Both the position numbers and the translations under genes were made by a program. From positions 4,288,001-4,352,000 of the forward strand of contig CATQHZ020000001.1 of the NCBI GenBank assembly GCA_958296135.2: 64,000 nucleotides of DNA. Reading direction: 5' to 3'. This document shows, in pieces, positions 60,452 through 64,000 of the stretch (its first letter is position 1; every line of letters begins with the position of its first letter). The notes under the pieces were generated by a model. It did not search any database and had not been told where the DNA came from. It saw only the letters and a program-made list of their open reading frames with translations. The stretch comes from an uncultured Poribacteria bacterium (GTDB lineage: Bacteria; Poribacteria; WGA-4E; WGA-3G).

Positions 60452-61468
60452 CTAAAACTGCCGTAAGAAACGCAGGTCATTCTCATAGAAAGTGCGGATG
60501 TCGGGGATGCGGAATTGGAGGTTCGCAATTCGCTCCACCCCCATGCCGAAAGCAAACCCCGTAACCTGCTCAGGCTCATAGCCGACCGCGTGGAATACCT
60601 CAGGATCGACGGCGCCTGCACCCAGGATTTCAATCCACCCGGTGCCGCCACAACTGCGACACCCCTCACCACCACAGACAGTACACGAAATATCCACTTC
60701 GGCACTCGGTTCTGTGAACGGAAAGAAATGCGGCCGAAAGCGCATCTGCGTATCCGCACCGAACAACTGCCGCGCAAACGAGGTTAGGATACCCTTCAAC
60801 TCGCTAAAGGTTACGTGTGTATCCACTAGCAATCCCTCAACTTGATGGAACATCGGCGTGTGCGAGACATCGTAATCGACGCGGTAAGCCTTGCCCGGCA
60901 CAATAATGCGCACCGGCGGTGGCTGCTGCTCCATTGCGCGAATCTGCACCGGCGACGTGTGAGTGCGCAAGAGATGCCCATCGGTAAGGTAGAAAGTATC
61001 GTGCAAATCGCGCGCAGGATGGTCTGACGGAGTATTCAGCGCGTCGAAATTGTAATAATCCGTCTCCACCTCGGGGCCCGTGGCGATTTGAAACCCCATC
61101 TGTGTGAAAATTGACGTTATCCGCTCCAAGGACTGCATGACAGGATGCGCTTTCCCGTATGCAGGCTTTCTGCCCGGAAGCGTGATGTCCACCGACTCGT
61201 CTGCCAGTTGTTGTAACTGCTGTTGGCGTTGCAGTTCCTGCGCTGTCCGCTCAAACGCCTCGTTCAATTCGGCACGAATCTGGTTTGCCAACTTGCCGAC
61301 AACAGGCCGCTCGGCTTTGGAGAGTTTGCCCATGCCTTTCATCACCGTTGTCAGTTGTCCGTTGCGTCCGAAATATTGGACGCGTAGCGATTCAAGTGCG
61401 TCCAACGTTTTGACCGCGGTGAGCGCGGTGAGTGCAGCGGCGTGGATTTGGTTTAATGCGTCTTGCAT
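60452..61468 (-). CDS. pheS: Phenylalanine--tRNA ligase alpha subunit
   Basis: HPARDLHDTF, LRTHTSPVQ, FHQVEG, FPFTEPS, GFAFGMGVER. Confidence 0.98.
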   Translation of the reverse strand: MQDALNQIHAAALTALTAVKTLDALESLRVQYFGRNGQLTTVMKGMGKLSKAERPVVGKLANQIRAELNEAFERTAQELQRQQQLQQLADESVDITLPGRKPAYGKAHPVMQSLERITSIFTQMGFQIATGPEVETDYYNFDALNTPSDHPARDLHDTFYLTDGHLLRTHTSPVQIRAMEQQPPPVRIIVPGKAYRVDYDVSHTPMFHQVEGLLVDTHVTFSELKGILTSFARQLFGADTQMRFRPHFFPFTEPSAEVDISCTVCGGEGCRSCGGTGWIEILGAGAVDPEVFHAVGYEPEQVTGFAFGMGVERIANLQFRIPDIRTFYENDLRFLRQF

Positions 61469-61512
61469 AACAACCTCACATCCGGTAGGCGTGCTTTGAA
61501 AGCGCGCCCGCC

Positions 61513-61900
61513 GATAAAAAGAAACGCCTGTCACTTTATCTTATCCCACACTGGGGACGAAAGTGACAGGCATCTACTTCCGCGGTACCACCCCGCTTGG
61601 CAAATTCCTTTAAGGGAGCTCATCAGCTAACCTAGCGCGCTTGAAAAGCGCGCCTACCGGTGTTGATGGCGAAATTTGCCCGCTTGATTTCTTGTTCGGT
61701 AACGGTGAACGGACCGGCGCGACCTACTGTCCTTTGCATCCGGGAGGACGCAGTTGGGGTTCAGTTCGGCGGCTCTGGGATGAAATTCGGCTGCTGCTCT
61801 CAAAGCCGCGCTTTCAGCCGGTGGCGCGGCATCTCTACTTGAGATGGGATTGCAAGTTTCACCCTATCTCAGCAGCTTACTGTGTCCCTTCATAGCCTTT
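61513..61900 (-). promoter_or_regulatory. T-box riboswitch (Phe, UUC specifier) with terminator
   Basis: Minus strand: GCTATGAAGGGACACAGTA, AGAGA, GCTGAAAG, GAATTTCATCCCAGAG (TTC at 61784-61782), AAGCGGGGTGGTACCGCG, TTCGTCCC, terminator stem plus U tract. Confidence 0.88.
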
Positions 61901-62105
61901 GATTTAATGTTGTAGCACTTACGTAGAAACGAGGGCTGTCAGCGCGCCCTCGTGGCGTGCGCGGTTGAAAACCGCGCCTACCGGTAGTGGCGTAATCCCA
62001 AATTAATCTCTATCGTTCAGGCTCGCCCGAGCCCGAACCGTTTGCGATGGCGTACTAGCAAACGACAGCATTTCGGAGAACCAGAAGGTTCTGTCTGTTT
62101 TGGTA

Positions 62106-62453
62106 TTATCCCTTTGCCAGGGAGACCAGCTGTCCAAATCCAGACTCATCGTGCACAGCGATATCGGCGAGAACCTTCCGGTCAAGTTCAATTCCCGCGG
62201 TTTTGAGTCCGTGCATGAATTTGCTGTAGGAGAGTCCGTGGAGTCTTGCAGCGGCGTTAATACGTGCGATCCAGAGTCGTCTGAAATCGCGTTTGCGCGC
62301 ACGGCGGTGCGCGTAGGCGTGATTCCACCCCTTTTCTACCGCCTCAGTAGCAGTGCGCTTGAGGTTGTTCCTGCCGCCGCGGTAACCTTTGGAATGCTTT
62401 AGCATCCGTTTGCGGCGTTTGATTCGGACGTTCCCTGTTTTTACTCGTGGCAT
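62106..62453 (-). CDS. rplT: 50S ribosomal protein L20
   Basis: [28 protein letters not shown]. Confidence 0.98.
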   Translation of the reverse strand: MPRVKTGNVRIKRRKRMLKHSKGYRGGRNNLKRTATEAVEKGWNHAYAHRRARKRDFRRLWIARINAAARLHGLSYSKFMHGLKTAGIELDRKVLADIAVHDESGFGQLVSLAKG

Positions 62454-62563
62454 TTACGGCTCCTCTCGCAGCCGGCTTTGCGTAGCGGCCGCGGACAATA
62501 GTGTGCCCAGGCGCGCGGCGCGCTGCCGGACAATCGCTCGAATCGGAGGGAAGATTCCGTTCT

Positions 62564-62758
62564 CTACTGATGAATAAGACGCTTTAAGCGTTTTTCGTTG
62601 CTCGGGTCGACGAGGGTGGCTTGGCGCAACCTGCGCTTGCGCTTGGAGGATTTGTTGATGAACAAGTGGCCCGCATAAGCGCGATTGCGGCGGATTTTGC
62701 CTTTCGCCGTAAATTTGAAACGCTTCGCCGCACCTTTATGGGTTTTGATTTTCGGCAT
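62564..62758 (-). CDS. rpmI: 50S ribosomal protein L35
   Basis: MPKIKTHKGAAKRFK. Confidence 0.98.
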   Translation of the reverse strand: MPKIKTHKGAAKRFKFTAKGKIRRNRAYAGHLFINKSSKRKRRLRQATLVDPSNEKRLKRLIHQ

Positions 62759-63112
62759 TAGAAATCCTTCTCATCATTCGGGGCAAAACCTCTGCCCCCT
62801 GCTGGTTTCTGTGACGTTCGTTCGCTGCTGTCGTATGGGCTGCCATGCAAATCCAAGACAGCAGACTGATGTTCTCGTTCTGAGCGTTTTCGGGTTCTGT
62901 CGCAAGTTGCAACGGGTTGTCAATCAAGTGTCCGCCTGCATCGATACCGTGTTGGCGGCGACAACCTCTTGCACTGCCTCGCGGCCCAGAACACCGAACG
63001 CCGTATGCGCTAGCACGAGCAACACAAGCAGAACTGCCGCTCCGATTTCAGGAGACACTCCTGCAGGGTAAGGCGGGGGCGCGAAGGCCCCCGCGGTCAG
63101 CGTACCCGTAAA

Positions 63113-63661
63113 TCATGCCGAAGACTTCGGCATGAGGAGCATCGACATCATGCGCGTCTCCATACGCGGCGGTTGTTCCACCTCGGCGACTTCCGCCAGA
63201 TCGTCCCGGAGCCGCGCGAGCATGTTTCTACCCAAATCGGTATGGAGCATTTCGCGGCCCTTAAACCGAACGGTCGCGCGGACCTTCCAGCCGTGCGCAA
63301 GGAATTCCGCAACGTGCCGTTTCTTGAACTGGTAGTCGTGCTCCGCAGTATCCGGCCGGAACTGCATCTCTTTCAACACAACCTTAGTCTGCTTCTTCCG
63401 GGCCTCGCGCGCGCGCTTATTACGCTCGTACTGATACTTCCCGTAGTCCATGATTTTGCAAACGGGCGGCTTCGCATTCGGTGAGACTTCCACCAAATCC
63501 AAACCGACATCTTCAGCACGCCGCATGGCATCGCGCGTCGGCGTTACGCCTACCTGATTGTTGTCCTGGTCGATCAACAGCACCTCTCGGGCCCGAATCT
63601 GATAATTCGAGCGGCTCTGTCGTTCTCTGGTTCTCTGATTGCGTCTACCTCTATAGTGTAT
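63113..63661 (-). CDS. infC: Translation initiation factor IF-3
   Basis: N.QIRAREV.LID, DLVEVSPNAKPPVCKIMDY, RFKGRE; frame open to an ATA at 63661 just downstream of GGGGGTG. Confidence 0.95.
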   Translation of the reverse strand: MHYRGRRNQRTRERQSRSNYQIRAREVLLIDQDNNQVGVTPTRDAMRRAEDVGLDLVEVSPNAKPPVCKIMDYGKYQYERNKRAREARKKQTKVVLKEMQFRPDTAEHDYQFKKRHVAEFLAHGWKVRATVRFKGREMLHTDLGRNMLARLRDDLAEVAEVEQPPRMETRMMSMLLMPKSSA

Positions 63662-63802
63662 TTTTCACACCCCCAAGTTAAAGCACGCTTCTGCTTACAG
63701 CAACGTGTAAGCACCGTGGGACACCCGCCGGGATGTTGCCGGCTCGGTTGTGCCCAAAATCGTAAGTACCTAATTATACCACATTCGTAACGAAAATGCA
63801 AA

Positions 63803-64000
63803 TTAAAAAAAGCCGATTGTCCACAACGTGCGTAAAACGATAATGCCACCGGCCAGTCCGCCGAAGACGCACATGAAGCCGATGCTGACGATGAGCGCGA
63901 GCCGGACGATGCGTTCGCCGAGCTGCGGTTGTTCGATTGCCCAGGCACGCGCGAGGACAAAGGTTAAGGCGACACTAATAAGGTTCAGCAGGCACGCGCC
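63803..64000 (-). CDS. Membrane protein, C-terminal part (runs off window edge)
   Basis: Open frame GACLLNLISVALTFVL...IGFF* with two hydrophobic stretches. Confidence 0.55.
   Translation of the reverse strand, partial: GACLLNLISVALTFVLARAWAIEQPQLGERIVRLALIVSIGFMCVFGGLAGGIIVLRTLWTIGFF

Overview
GC-rich bacterial chromosomal window. The gene content suggests Candidatus Poribacteria or a relative (inference): secreted LamG proteins with a shared C-terminal 'V.P.G(K/R)L.T.W..K' motif, PhyH dioxygenases, a CRTAC1/FG-GAP protein, a sulfatase with its maturase, and a cohesin-dockerin protein. Housekeeping genes are rpe, apt, tRNA-Arg(CCT), secD, secF, mnmA, miaA, ppk2, menG, pheST (with a Phe T-box), rplT, rpmI and infC. 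Accessory loci include two single-chain restriction-modification genes and a DUF488-DUF488-(OB-fold)RecQ operon. That operon is followed by a tandemly duplicated antitoxin/RelE pair whose copies differ mainly across the antitoxin tail and toxin N-terminus. There is also a small secreted-protein/TIR gene array punctuated by repeats. The strongest signal is a set of GTAG-footed REP-like palindrome families. They fill intergenic spaces, sit in-frame inside at least eight protein genes including the essential PheT, supply several stop codons, and interrupt a T-box leader. All calls come from reading motifs by eye; no searches were run.
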